Part shown: piece after piece, positions 48,732 through 59,050 of the stretch
Layout: every line of letters begins with the position of its first letter
Numbering within the stretch: the stretch's first letter is position 1
Assembly (NCBI GenBank): GCA_963806855.1
Contig: CAWDYW010000003.1
Span: 160,001-224,000, forward strand
Reading direction: 5' to 3'
Source: an uncultured Verrucomicrobiae bacterium
GTDB lineage: Bacteria; Chlamydiota; Chlamydiia; Chlamydiales; Rhabdochlamydiaceae
Length of the DNA: 64,000 nt
Notes under the pieces: generated by a model
What the model was told of the DNA's origin: nothing
What the model saw: only the letters and a program-made list of their open reading frames with translations
Databases searched by the model: none
Position numbers and translations under genes: made by a program

Positions 48732-49496
48732 TTAGGCTTGCTGCAACTTCTGCGGCGACGTCGTTGTTGCCGGCTGCGGCCTTCGACCACTTCGCTTCTT
48801 GCCAGTAGTGGATGCGGGAGCAGTGTTCGCAGAAGACGAGATTTTCCCCTTTGCGGACGAGGTTTTCATGCTGAGCAGTCAGGACAATATGGCAGCCGCT
48901 GCATGTGCGGTTTTCGATCGGGACAACGACGCGGTCTTTTTTATTGCGGAGCAGTCTTTCATAGATCTGCAAGATGTCGGCATCGGCATGTTGGCCAGGG
49001 CGTCGCGATGCGTTTTAAGTTGGGTGCCTTCTTCGTTGATCAGGTCGATGCTCGCTTGGATCTCTTTTTCAAGAGCGATGCTGCTCTCTTCTGAGGTCTT
49101 TAAGCTGTCTCTGATTTTGTGGAGGAGCTCTTCTTCGGCGACGCTTTTAGTCGACGAGATCTGAGATTTTTTGCTCTTCAGCGATCCGCTCTCGTTCTGT
49201 GGAGTCATCTCTTGAGTGAGGGCGTTAAATTCATCTACTTTTTTGATGGTGGATTGGCGCGCTTCGAGGGATTTGACCTTTTCTCCGATTTCGACGATAC
49301 GGGCCTCTTTTTGCCGGATCTGTCTACCGATCTCTTCGACTTCAACTTCTTTAGACTTCAATTCAGCATGAAGATCAGCGCGAAGTTCTTCGATCTGTTT
49401 AAGCTCTTTTTGACGTTCACGCTTGACCCGCATCAGACGGACCATTTTCATATCAAGCTCTTGAATATCAATAATAGGCTTTAGGGTTTCTAACAT
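48732..49496 (-). CDS. CT398/CdsZ-like coiled-coil + C4 zinc-ribbon protein, frameshifted in this sequence
   Basis: IQELDMKMVRLMRVK coiled coil. CSGCH...FCEHCSRIHYW lies in a second frame, followed by an Arg-rich tail. End position approximate. Confidence 0.8.
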
Positions 49497-49602
49497 GGGC
49501 ATATTTGGATCACCTTTAAAAGTAGCAGCCATTAGATTACTGGGTATTGGGAATATCTCTCAAGGAAAAAACGTCTACCTAGACATTGTATAATTTTTTG
49601 AC

Positions 49603-51141
49603 TTGCCAAATTTTGGGTGGAAAGGGGACAGTGGAGGGGAATTCAAGCTAAACAAGAGGTTTACCTTCGCTACTTTGACAAAGGGATATTTACAAAAATA
49701 TTTTCAAAATTTTTCTGAGTCTGAAAGGTCCACAGCGGCCATCGCCTATTTGGCCGGGCTCGACCACATTGAGGCCCACTCTCCTGAGGTGGCTCATCGG
49801 ATCGTGCAAGAGCTTAAGGATCAGCGCACTAACATCAAGCTTATCGCTTCTGAAAATTATTCTTCACTCGCGGTTCAATTGGCAATGGGAAATCTGCTGA
49901 CCGATAAATATGCCGAGGGGTATCCCCATCACCGATTTTATGCCGGCTGCGATAATGTCGATGCGATTGAGGACTTGGCTGTCAATGAATTGCGAACTCT
50001 GTTTGGGTGCGACCACGCCTATGTGCAGCCCCACTCGGGCGCCGATGCCAATATGGTGGCGATGTGGGCGGTGCTAGTCCATCGCTTTGAGGATAAAGAG
50101 GTGCAGCGGCTGGGCAAAAAATCGGTCGATGAATTGACTCCTGAGGAGTATGAACAGGCTAGGAAGCTGGTTCTTTCGCAAAAGATGATGGGGCTTGGAC
50201 TCGGGTCGGGCGGCCATTTGACTCATGGGTATCGACGCAATATATCGAGCAAGATCATGCAGGCTGTCCCCTATGATGTCGATCCAAAGACGGGTCTTTT
50301 GGACTATGAGGCGCTGCAAGCCCAAGTCAAGCGGGAGAAGCCGGCCTTGCTCATGGTCGGATATTCGGCCTATCCAAGGCTGATCAATTTTGCCAAGATG
50401 CGGGAGATTGCCGATAGCGTCGGGGCTGTAATGATGACTGACATGGCCCACTTTGCAGGGCTGGTTGCTGGGAAGGTCTTTCAGGGCGACTATAACCCGA
50501 TTCCATTTTCGCATATTGTCACTTCGACGACGCACAAGACGTTGCGCGGCCCCAGAGGGGGTTTGGTGATGTGCCAAGCGGAATTTAAAGAGGTAGTCGA
50601 TCGGGGATGTCCTTTAGTGCTGGGTGGCCCGCTTCCTCATGTAATTGCTGCCAAAGCGGTTGCATTCAAGGAGGCCAATACGCCGGCGTTCAGAGAATAT
50701 GCCCATCAGGTTGTCAAAAATGCAAAGGCGCTGGCGAGCTATCTTCTGTCGAAGGGGTCGGCGGTGCTGACAAAAGGGACCGACAACCATTTGATGGTGA
50801 TCGATGTGATGCAGTCGTATGGATTGACCGGACGGCAGGCAGAAGTGGCGTTAAGGGAGGCGGGGCTGACAGTCAACCGCAATTCGATTCCCTTTGACCC
50901 CAACGGAGCCTGGTACACTTCGGGTATCCGAATTGGGACGCCGGCGACGACGACGCGCGGAATGAAAGAGGCTGAGATGGAGAGAATTGCGCTCATGCTT
51001 CACGATCTGCTCAAAGGATGTAAAAAGGGAGAGACCCGCACTAAGGTAGAGATCGATCCTCAGGTTCTGGCTCGGGTACAGCTTGAAGTTAAAGATTTGC
51101 TGAGCGATTTCCCCCTTTATCCAGAGCTGGTCATTGATTGA
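49603..51141 (+). CDS. glyA: Serine hydroxymethyltransferase
   Basis: LIASEN, KYAEGYP, QPHSG, DMAH and TTHKTLRGPRGG. Start uncertain (TTG at 49675 is possible). Confidence 0.96.
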   Translation: MPNFGWKGDSGGEFKLNKRFTFATLTKGYLQKYFQNFSESERSTAAIAYLAGLDHIEAHSPEVAHRIVQELKDQRTNIKLIASENYSSLAVQLAMGNLLTDKYAEGYPHHRFYAGCDNVDAIEDLAVNELRTLFGCDHAYVQPHSGADANMVAMWAVLVHRFEDKEVQRLGKKSVDELTPEEYEQARKLVLSQKMMGLGLGSGGHLTHGYRRNISSKIMQAVPYDVDPKTGLLDYEALQAQVKREKPALLMVGYSAYPRLINFAKMREIADSVGAVMMTDMAHFAGLVAGKVFQGDYNPIPFSHIVTSTTHKTLRGPRGGLVMCQAEFKEVVDRGCPLVLGGPLPHVIAAKAVAFKEANTPAFREYAHQVVKNAKALASYLLSKGSAVLTKGTDNHLMVIDVMQSYGLTGRQAEVALREAGLTVNRNSIPFDPNGAWYTSGIRIGTPATTTRGMKEAEMERIALMLHDLLKGCKKGETRTKVEIDPQVLARVQLEVKDLLSDFPLYPELVID

Positions 51142-51192
51142 ATATCCGAACGTATGAATAATAAGGTTTTAATCTAAATTTAGGAGAACCCC

Positions 51193-51786
51193 ATGTCCAC
51201 TCAAGAAGAAGAAAGAAAGAGTCACTTCAGTATCGATGACAAAATTGAAGACGTCCTTTTGAAATCGCGCCGCATTTTCTTTTCAGATGCTGTCGATGAA
51301 AAATCGACCAATACTGCGATCAAAAAGCTCTGGTATTTGGATCAGGTGGATCCGGGTAAGCCCATACTGTTTGTGATCAATTCTCCGGGTGGTGCGGTCG
51401 ATTGCGGTTTTGCCATTTGGGATCAGGTGAAAATGATCAAATCGCCGGTGACCACGTTGGTGACCGGGCTCGCCGCTTCAATGGGATCGATCTTGAGTCT
51501 TTGTGCGGCTCCAGGTCGCCGTTTTGCGACAAAGCATTCCCGCATCATGATTCACCAACCGCGGGTGATGGGATTGATTCAGGGGCAAGCAACCGATTTG
51601 GAAATTCAGGCTAAAGAAATTTTGAAAACACGCCAGGCAATTGTCGAAATTTACATGGAAGCAACTGGGAAAGATCAAAAGACAATTGAAAAGGCGATCG
51701 ATCGAGACACTTGGATGTCAGCCGATGAAGCGCTTGAGTATGGATTGCTCGACAAAGTTGTCAGTTCGTTTGCTGAAATCGCTTGA
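51193..51786 (+). CDS. clpP: ATP-dependent Clp protease proteolytic subunit
   Basis: INSPGG, AASMG, MIHQP and DRDTWM. Confidence 0.96.
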   Translation: MSTQEEERKSHFSIDDKIEDVLLKSRRIFFSDAVDEKSTNTAIKKLWYLDQVDPGKPILFVINSPGGAVDCGFAIWDQVKMIKSPVTTLVTGLAASMGSILSLCAAPGRRFATKHSRIMIHQPRVMGLIQGQATDLEIQAKEILKTRQAIVEIYMEATGKDQKTIEKAIDRDTWMSADEALEYGLLDKVVSSFAEIA

Positions 51787-51836
51787 CGGTTATACCCCAA
51801 TCGGGCGAAAATTCCCCCTATTTTATAAGGAAAAAT

Positions 51837-51938
51837 CGTGCCCGTGTGCGTGCCCGAGCCCATGCCCGATTTTTTTTACAGTCTGGTAGTTCCTCTTTAA
51901 TGCCTCCGGGCACGGGCACGCACACGGGCACGGGCACG
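51837..51938. repeat. GCCCGT hexamer hairpin (copy 2)
   Basis: cgtgcccgtgtgcgtgcccg ... cgggcacgggcacgcacacgggcacgggcacg. Confidence 0.9.
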
Positions 51939-51942
51939 TTTT

Positions 51943-54900
51943 ATGTTAAAACCGTTTTCAAAACAGGATCTAGTTGAGGGGAAGCATCTACTCGAGGAAG
52001 GGCGAGTCAAAGGGGTCCTTTTTTCTGAAGGGACTTATCAAGTTGAAGTTCTAGCCCGTCCAAAACCAAAAGAGACCGTTTGGCCCTTTTTGCAACTCCA
52101 TGATACAGGAGAGTTGATCGATGCTTTTTGCACTTGTCAAGTGGCTGAAAAGAAGGGCTCCTGCCCCCATCTGGCCGCCGCCTATCTCAAAATCAATCGA
52201 GGTGAGCCGCTCCATGTTCGCTTTCGAGAGAGCTTCTGGAATCAAATCGGAATGATCTGCGCAGAACGCCACGGCTATGAGGCGAGCTGTCTCAAGCGGT
52301 CGCACGGGGCTTTCGAAGCCTTTTCGCAAACGGGCAAGAGGCTCTTTTGGATGAAGCCAAAGAAGAGGCTGAAGGAGTTCGAAGAGCTGCTCTATCATCG
52401 CCGTCTTGAGACAGAAGAGACATCGCTGAAATTCTCCAATTTGGCCGCTGAGGAACTGACCTTATGGCGAGAGGGGCGCCCTTCATCCCATCTCAGCTAT
52501 GAGCTCTCTTTTTGGTCCGATTTGGCTAAGCAGTGGATGTTAAACCAAGAAGACGGAGTAGCATATAAGATCCAATTCTCGGAGGAACAGCCGCCCCAAT
52601 TTGTCTCGATCGATTTCCCCGATATTGCGATCGAATTTTACCTCGATTTGTCCCACTGGCCGCAGGTGATCCCTTCGCTGGAGACTGTTGATTCTCCGCT
52701 GAAAGTTCATCCTTATACCTTTGGCAAACTGGAAAGTATCCATTTTGTCCAGGGGACATTCGTCCTCGAATTTGAGGAAAAGGGGCAGATGCCAAAAGCA
52801 CCCGAAGGGGAGCAGAAAATTCCGATCGGCGATTGGCTCTTCGTTCCCCATGTGGGCTTTTTCCCGAAGGGTATCGATCCGCTTTTAGAGCAAAAGGTGA
52901 TCCGAAAAGATCAGATTTCGCTTTTCTTCAAAAGGCACCTCAAACTGATTCAGAAGCATCTCAAAGGGGAAAAAATCCACCCTAATCCGCTTCCTGTCCG
53001 GTATGCCCTTTTCTTCGATCAGAAACAGGCGCTCCATGTTGAGTCCTATCTCTTCGAAAAGGGCGATATGGAGGCCTACTACTTTGGCGATTGGGCCTAC
53101 TTGCATGATAAGGGGTTTTTCCAGCTCGATAAACAGATCTTTGATACACAAAAACTCGAAATCCCTAAAGAAAAGGTCTCCGACTTTGTCAATCGGCATC
53201 GGCTTTGGCTGCAGGGATTTGAAGGGTTCCAGACCCACGTCTCGGGTGTCGAATCGAAGCTGGGATTCAAGTTTAATGGCCGCGGACGGCTGATTTTTTT
53301 CACGCGGCACGAGTTCACCGAAGAGGGAGAGCAGATCATCGATCTCGGAGAGTGGATCTACGTTCGCGGCAAAGGGTTTTACGCCAAGATCTCAGCAAGA
53401 GCCGGCTCTTTTGTCAAAGCTGGAATCGAGATCGAACCGTTCGAAGTCTCCTCTTTCATCTACCGGCATCGTGACGAACTCGAACCGGTCCCAGGCTTTT
53501 TCACCGACAACTGTCCTCTCGAGAAGTCGGGCCTCAATATTGGCTTTAATGAAAAGGGGAGAATCGAGATCAGCCCCGAATTTTTCTTTTTGCCCCACTA
53601 TGCGCCCGATAAGGTGAAGATTTTGGGCGATTATACCTATGTAGAAGGGGAGGGTTTTGCCCTTATTCCCCACTCCTCCCGCCTTCCTGAAAGCTACAAA
53701 GTTGAAAAAGTGATCGATCCTCTGGCCGAGCCCTACTTCATCGGTTACGAACTTGAGCTCCTCTATCCACACGTTCTCACCATCGATCCTAAACTGAAGC
53801 GGCCGCAGAAAATGGCCCTTCGTCTTCTCGGACTCAAACGGCAGCCAAGTGCAAAAACGGGGCAGTGGATCCTTGAGCTCAATGTTGAGACCGATATCGG
53901 TTCAGTGGCTGTCTTCGAAGTGTGGAAGGCGATTTGGGATGGAAAGCAATATCTATTTTCAAATGCTGGGCTCCTCTTTTTGAAAAAGAAGAACTTCGAC
54001 TGGCTTAGACTCAAAACCAAGAAGCGGTGGCTGAAGCAGGGGGAGGCGATCCGCTTCAACACTCTTGAATTTTTGCGTCTCATCGCGACAGAAGAGCTGC
54101 TCGAGCCACAAGGGGAGTCGCGCAAAGCAAAAGAGAGCCGCAAACTGCTGCGCGATCTGCTTGCCCTAAAAGCGCCGACCGAGCCCGATCTGACTGGCCT
54201 CGAGAGTGACCTGCGCCCCTACCAAAAAACGGGTGTCGCCTGGCTTTGGTTCTTGCACAGTTATGGCCTCTCGGGGATGCTCTGCGATGAGATGGGACTT
54301 GGAAAAACCCACCAAGCGATGGCCCTGATCGCGGCGATCAAAAACAAGCAGAAGGGCAGATTTCTCGTCGTCTGCCCTACATCCGTCATTTATCACTGGG
54401 AAAAACTAATTCAAACCTTTTTGCCCTCATGCAAAACCTATATCTTTCATGGCATCGGCCGCCGCTTTGAATCGTTTAGCAAAAACTCCTACGACCTGCT
54501 TCTCACCTCATACGGGATTGTCCGCACCGAGAATAAAGCCCTCTCGAAACTCCATTTTGACTTGGCCATTTTCGATGAGCTCCAAATTGCCAAGAATGAG
54601 AAATCGCAGACCAACCGTGCTCTGCGCAACATCAACTCCACCATGCGCCTTGGCCTCACCGGTACTCCGATTGAAAATCGACTCACCGAACTGAAAGCCC
54701 TCTTCGAGCTCATCGTCCCCACCTACCTCCCCACCATGTCGGTCTTCCGCGAGCTCTTCACCAACCCGATTGAAAAATATCAAGATGAGGAAAAGAGGTC
54801 CCTTCTGCGCCGCCTCATCCATCCCTTCTTGCTGCGACGCAAAAAAAGCGAAGTGCTCACCGAATTGCCCGAAAAAATCGAAGAGGTGGCCCTCTGCGAT

Positions 54901-55617
54901 ATGTCCGAAGAGCAACACCGACTTTACCAAACAGTCGTCAAGCAAAATCGAGATCAGTTGCTGCGTGCCCTGGAAGACAACAGCAAACCCCCGCCGATCA
55001 CCCATATCTTCTCGATGCTCTCCAAACTCAAGCAGATCTGCAACCACCCCTGTCTGATCACCAAAGATATCGAAAATTACAAACACCACAGCTCAGGCAA
55101 GTGGGACCTTTTCCTCGAGCTACTCGACGAGACGCGCGACAGCGGCCAAAAGCTAGTCGTCTTCTCCCAATATCTCGGGATGCTCGATATCATCGGTAGC
55201 CACCTCACCGAAAAGGGGATCTCCTTTGCCGAAATCCGCGGTGCAACTCGGGACCGAAAAAAAGAGGTGGAGCGCTTTGCCGAAGACCCCACTTGTGAAG
55301 TCTTCCTCGGCTCACTCCAAGCCGCTGGCGTCGGGATCGACCTGATCAGCGCCTCGGTCGTGATCCACTACGACAGATGGTGGAACCCCGCCAAGGAAAA
55401 CCAGGCGACAGACCGGGTCCACCGGATGGGGCAAAAGCGCGGCGTCCAGGTCTTCAAATTGGTCACCAAAAACTCGATCGAAGAGCACATCCACGTCCTC
55501 ATCGAAAGCAAACTCTCCCTCGCTAGAGGAGTGCTCAGCTTCGACGACCAAGACCATATCAAAGGATTGCAGCGAGAAGATCTGATCGAACTTCTTCAAT
55601 TGCTAGATAGAGACTGA
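51943..55617 (+). CDS. SWIM zinc finger + SNF2 family helicase
   Basis: CTC...CPH SWIM motif, LRPYQ, DEMGLGKT, DELQ, TGTPIEN and WNPAKENQATDRVHRMGQ. Confidence 0.93.
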   Translation: MLKPFSKQDLVEGKHLLEEGRVKGVLFSEGTYQVEVLARPKPKETVWPFLQLHDTGELIDAFCTCQVAEKKGSCPHLAAAYLKINRGEPLHVRFRESFWNQIGMICAERHGYEASCLKRSHGAFEAFSQTGKRLFWMKPKKRLKEFEELLYHRRLETEETSLKFSNLAAEELTLWREGRPSSHLSYELSFWSDLAKQWMLNQEDGVAYKIQFSEEQPPQFVSIDFPDIAIEFYLDLSHWPQVIPSLETVDSPLKVHPYTFGKLESIHFVQGTFVLEFEEKGQMPKAPEGEQKIPIGDWLFVPHVGFFPKGIDPLLEQKVIRKDQISLFFKRHLKLIQKHLKGEKIHPNPLPVRYALFFDQKQALHVESYLFEKGDMEAYYFGDWAYLHDKGFFQLDKQIFDTQKLEIPKEKVSDFVNRHRLWLQGFEGFQTHVSGVESKLGFKFNGRGRLIFFTRHEFTEEGEQIIDLGEWIYVRGKGFYAKISARAGSFVKAGIEIEPFEVSSFIYRHRDELEPVPGFFTDNCPLEKSGLNIGFNEKGRIEISPEFFFLPHYAPDKVKILGDYTYVEGEGFALIPHSSRLPESYKVEKVIDPLAEPYFIGYELELLYPHVLTIDPKLKRPQKMALRLLGLKRQPSAKTGQWILELNVETDIGSVAVFEVWKAIWDGKQYLFSNAGLLFLKKKNFDWLRLKTKKRWLKQGEAIRFNTLEFLRLIATEELLEPQGESRKAKESRKLLRDLLALKAPTEPDLTGLESDLRPYQKTGVAWLWFLHSYGLSGMLCDEMGLGKTHQAMALIAAIKNKQKGRFLVVCPTSVIYHWEKLIQTFLPSCKTYIFHGIGRRFESFSKNSYDLLLTSYGIVRTENKALSKLHFDLAIFDELQIAKNEKSQTNRALRNINSTMRLGLTGTPIENRLTELKALFELIVPTYLPTMSVFRELFTNPIEKYQDEEKRSLLRRLIHPFLLRRKKSEVLTELPEKIEEVALCDMSEEQHRLYQTVVKQNRDQLLRALEDNSKPPPITHIFSMLSKLKQICNHPCLITKDIENYKHHSSGKWDLFLELLDETRDSGQKLVVFSQYLGMLDIIGSHLTEKGISFAEIRGATRDRKKEVERFAEDPTCEVFLGSLQAAGVGIDLISASVVIHYDRWWNPAKENQATDRVHRMGQKRGVQVFKLVTKNSIEEHIHVLIESKLSLARGVLSFDDQDHIKGLQREDLIELLQLLDRD

Positions 55618-56280
55618 AGCAACCACTTCGATGAGGGCATCGACTGATGCAGAGGGTTTTGTCCTTTGAAAATCGGAACATAATTGCTCTTCATAGGACT
55701 TAATGTCGTGGACCGTAAATCCAGCGGTTTTTAGATAATCCTGAATCGATTCTTCAGTGTGGAAATAGCGAGTACAGGAATATCCTTGAGATGAAGTGTA
55801 GGTGGTCATGCCGGTCGCAGGATCGAAAGTATTACTGGGGTCCTTCGCGTCGGGACATTCGGTCGAACGGACGACGACATAGAATTTGCCACCCTTCTTT
55901 AGCACTCGAAAGATCTCCTTTAGCGCAGACTTAAGCTGATCTTTTGGTAGATAGTGCAGAATCAGCCGAGCATAAATGAAATCGAAAGTCTCATCGGGAT
56001 AGGGCAGTTTCTCAACGACGTTTTCGATTTTGACACTAATCTGATCGGATAGTCCCTGCTCTTGAATATATCTCAGAGCATATTCTGCTCCTGCTTGATC
56101 AATGGTAGAGGCTGTAATCTTTCGATGAGGATTGAGTTTGGCCATGCGCACTTCTGCGACACCGCCAGTGGAAATGCCAATGCTGTAAACTTTCAAGTCC
56201 TGATCGGTTAAGAGGGCAAGGCCGTTATTTTCACTAGGAGAGAAGAGCATATTTATACTTGGGAAAATACATTTTACCAA
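55603..56280 (-). CDS. Class I SAM-dependent methyltransferase
   Basis: LPYPDETFDFIYARLILHY...IFRVLKKGG. Confidence 0.82.
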   Translation of the reverse strand: MVKCIFPSINMLFSPSENNGLALLTDQDLKVYSIGISTGGVAEVRMAKLNPHRKITASTIDQAGAEYALRYIQEQGLSDQISVKIENVVEKLPYPDETFDFIYARLILHYLPKDQLKSALKEIFRVLKKGGKFYVVVRSTECPDAKDPSNTFDPATGMTTYTSSQGYSCTRYFHTEESIQDYLKTAGFTVHDIKSYEEQLCSDFQRTKPSASVDALIEVVASVSI

Positions 56281-56383
56281 TATAACAAAAGCCTCATATT
56301 TTTGTACCTATCCAAGGTTCCGCTTATTGACTTTTTACTCAAATTTTGTGAAGTTCAGAAAAAAGAGCAAAAGTGAGGACGCA

Positions 56384-57583
56384 ATGAAAATTTTAATCGT
56401 TTTATATGATGATCCCGTAAAAGGTTATCCCAAAACATATGCACGAGATTCAATCCCAAAACTGGAGCGGTATCCAGATGGTCAGACTCTCCCTACTCCT
56501 CAAAAAATCGACTTTAAGCCTGGGCAGCTTCTCGGGAGCGTTTCTGGAGGACTGGGCTTAACGGAATTTCTAGAAGGGCTTGGTCATAAAGTGATCATCA
56601 CATCAGATAAAGATGGGCCTAATTCCGTTTTTGAAAAAGAACTCCCCGATGCTGATGTCGTCATTTCTCAACCTTTCTGGCCCGCCTACTTGACTGAGGA
56701 AAGAATTGCTAAAGCAAAAAAACTCAAGCTGGCAATTACCGCCGGAATCGGTTCAGATCACGTTGATCTGCAAGCTGCAGGGAAGGCCGGAATCACTGTA
56801 GCTGAAGTCTCGTGGTGCAATAGCGTGAGCGTGTCCGAGCATGTTTTAATGATGATCCTAGCGCTTGTTAGAAATTACATTCCCTCCTATCAATGGATCA
56901 TTGATAAAGGATGGAATATTGCCGATTGCGTTGAGCGTTCCTATGATCTAGAAGGGATGGAAGTAGGGACTGTAGGTTCAGGCCACATTGGTCTTGAAGT
57001 CTTGAGAAGATTGAAGCCCTTCGGTGTCAAGCTGCATTATGTAGATAGACATCGCCTGCCAAAAGAGATAGAGAAAGAGCTAAATCTGACCTATCATTCC
57101 AACATCGATTCGATGTTACCCATCTGCGATGTCGTCACCATTAATTGTCCACTTCATGCGGAAACGGAGCACCTCTTTGATGATAAGCGCATTGGGCAAA
57201 TGAAACGAGGCTCCTATCTTATCAACACAGCGCGTGGGAAAATTTGCAATCGCGATTCTGTTGTCAAAGCTCTTGAGAAAGGCCATCTTGCAGGCTATGC
57301 GGGCGATGTGTGGTTTCCGCAACCCCCGCCAAAAGATCATCCCTGGCGCACAATGCCCCATCATGGGATGACCCCGCATATTGCTGGGACAAGCTTGCCC
57401 GCGCAAGCTCGTTACGCTGCCGGCGTGCGCGAAATCCTCGAATGTTGGTTTGCAAAGCGCCCAATTCGTACTGAATACCTCATCCTCGATCAAGGTAAAC
57501 TCGCTGGGATAGGCAAGCATTCCTATACCCTAGGAGACACAACCCGCGGCTCCGAGGATGCAGAGCGCTTCAAGACCAAGTAA
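56384..57583 (+). CDS. fdh: NAD-dependent formate dehydrogenase
   Basis: LYDDP, SQPFWPAY, AGIGSDH, NTARG, GDVWFPQP and TPH. Start MKIL at 56384. Confidence 0.95.
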   Translation: MKILIVLYDDPVKGYPKTYARDSIPKLERYPDGQTLPTPQKIDFKPGQLLGSVSGGLGLTEFLEGLGHKVIITSDKDGPNSVFEKELPDADVVISQPFWPAYLTEERIAKAKKLKLAITAGIGSDHVDLQAAGKAGITVAEVSWCNSVSVSEHVLMMILALVRNYIPSYQWIIDKGWNIADCVERSYDLEGMEVGTVGSGHIGLEVLRRLKPFGVKLHYVDRHRLPKEIEKELNLTYHSNIDSMLPICDVVTINCPLHAETEHLFDDKRIGQMKRGSYLINTARGKICNRDSVVKALEKGHLAGYAGDVWFPQPPPKDHPWRTMPHHGMTPHIAGTSLPAQARYAAGVREILECWFAKRPIRTEYLILDQGKLAGIGKHSYTLGDTTRGSEDAERFKTK

Positions 57584-57619
57584 GAAAATTCATTATACAA
57601 ATCGCAAGGAGTCGTTTTT

Positions 57620-59050
57620 ATGGCCAAGCGCGCCGATCTTTTGAGGACTAAAAGCTATATCGGCGGGAAATGGGTGGCAGGGAGAAAGAGTTTCCCTGTG
57701 CTCAACCCATACGATGGGAAGCAGATTGCAAAAGTGGCCGACTTAGGGAAGGTTGAGGCGCGCAAGGCTATCGATGCTGCCTATGATGCGTTTCCCGCTT
57801 GGTCAAATCTGCCTGCATCGCAGCGGGCTAAGATTCTGGTGAAAATCGCCGATTTGATGGAGAAAAATGTTGCCAGATTGGCCAAACTCCTGACTCTGGA
57901 GCAGGGCAAACCGATCGGAGAATCTAAAGAAGAGGTGCTTGATAGTGCCGATGCTTTACGCTGGCTCGCAGATGGAGGGTGTCGCATTTATGGCCATACC
58001 TATTGCGATCCCGATGAAAAAAAATCAGCCATGACAATCCGTCAACCGATTGGGGTCGTCGCGGCGATCACTCCGTGGAATTTTCCATTGTACATTGCGG
58101 CGAAATCGATGGCAGCACTAGCAGCGGGTTGCACACTTGTCTTAAAACCGGCGGAAGATACTCCTCTGACGTCCTTAGCTCTGGCCCATTTGGCTGCTGA
58201 GGCGGGCCTCCCCCTTGGTGTCTTCAATGTGGTCACATGCAAAAATCCAAAAGAGGTGGGCGAGGTGCTTGCGACCCATCCTAAGGTGAGGAAAATCGCT
58301 TTCACAGGTTCAACAGAAGTGGGTAAACACTTATTAAAATTGGCCTCTTCGACGGTAAAAAAAGTGACGTTGGAGCTCGGAGGCAACTGCCCGTTGATTG
58401 TCTTTGAGGACTCCAATCTCGATAAAGCAGTTGAGGAGGGCTTAAGCTTTAAATTTTATAATGCCGGGCAATGTTGCAACGGGATTAACCGCTTCCTCGT
58501 CCATGTGTCGGTCTATGATGAATTTGTCAAAAAATGTGCCCAAAAAGCCAAAAAAATCAGCTGTGGATCGGGTCTGAGAGGGGTAGATCTCGGGCCTCTG
58601 ATTAACACGCAAGCCAAAGAAAAAGTCGAAGAATTGGTCCAGGATGCGTTGGAGAAAGGGGCACAGCTCGTGCTCGGGTCAAATGCAAAAGGATTGTTGT
58701 GTTCGCCGATTATTCTGAAAGATGTTTCAAAGAAAATGAGAATCGCACAAGAGGAGATTTTCGGGCCGGTCATTGCGATTTACCCTTTCAAAACAGAAAA
58801 GGAGGCGATCGAGATGGCCAATGATACCCGTTACGGTCTGGCCGCCTATTTCTATACAGAAAATATAGGGCGGGCGATGCGTGTTTCAAGAGCTCTGGAA
58901 GCGGGCAGCGTCGGCGTGAATACAACGAGCATTTACGGGTTGTCGCTTCCCTTTGGCGGTTTTAAAGAATCGGGCATCGGAAGAGAAAATGGAGCGATTG
59001 ATGGGCTCAATGAATTCTGCGAAGTAAAGACGGTGTGTTATGGAAAATGA
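57620..59050 (+). CDS. Aldehyde dehydrogenase (succinate-semialdehyde dehydrogenase-like)
   Basis: PWNFP, FTGSTEVG, LELGG, NAGQCC, EEIFGP and PFGGFKESG. Confidence 0.92.
   Translation: MAKRADLLRTKSYIGGKWVAGRKSFPVLNPYDGKQIAKVADLGKVEARKAIDAAYDAFPAWSNLPASQRAKILVKIADLMEKNVARLAKLLTLEQGKPIGESKEEVLDSADALRWLADGGCRIYGHTYCDPDEKKSAMTIRQPIGVVAAITPWNFPLYIAAKSMAALAAGCTLVLKPAEDTPLTSLALAHLAAEAGLPLGVFNVVTCKNPKEVGEVLATHPKVRKIAFTGSTEVGKHLLKLASSTVKKVTLELGGNCPLIVFEDSNLDKAVEEGLSFKFYNAGQCCNGINRFLVHVSVYDEFVKKCAQKAKKISCGSGLRGVDLGPLINTQAKEKVEELVQDALEKGAQLVLGSNAKGLLCSPIILKDVSKKMRIAQEEIFGPVIAIYPFKTEKEAIEMANDTRYGLAAYFYTENIGRAMRVSRALEAGSVGVNTTSIYGLSLPFGGFKESGIGRENGAIDGLNEFCEVKTVCYGK

Noticed and set aside
48539..48808. 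Small ORFs over rnpB
   Set aside because: They overlap the RNase P RNA, or are out-of-frame tails of the zinc-ribbon gene.
2479..51938. Short repeats as a CRISPR array
   Set aside because: No regular repeat-spacer periodicity and no cas genes. The repeats are tandem and inverted.
51943..56280. SNF2 helicase plus methyltransferase as a defence system
   Set aside because: The genes are convergent, the methyltransferase lacks DNA-MTase motifs, and SWIM-SNF2 is a usual chlamydial gene.
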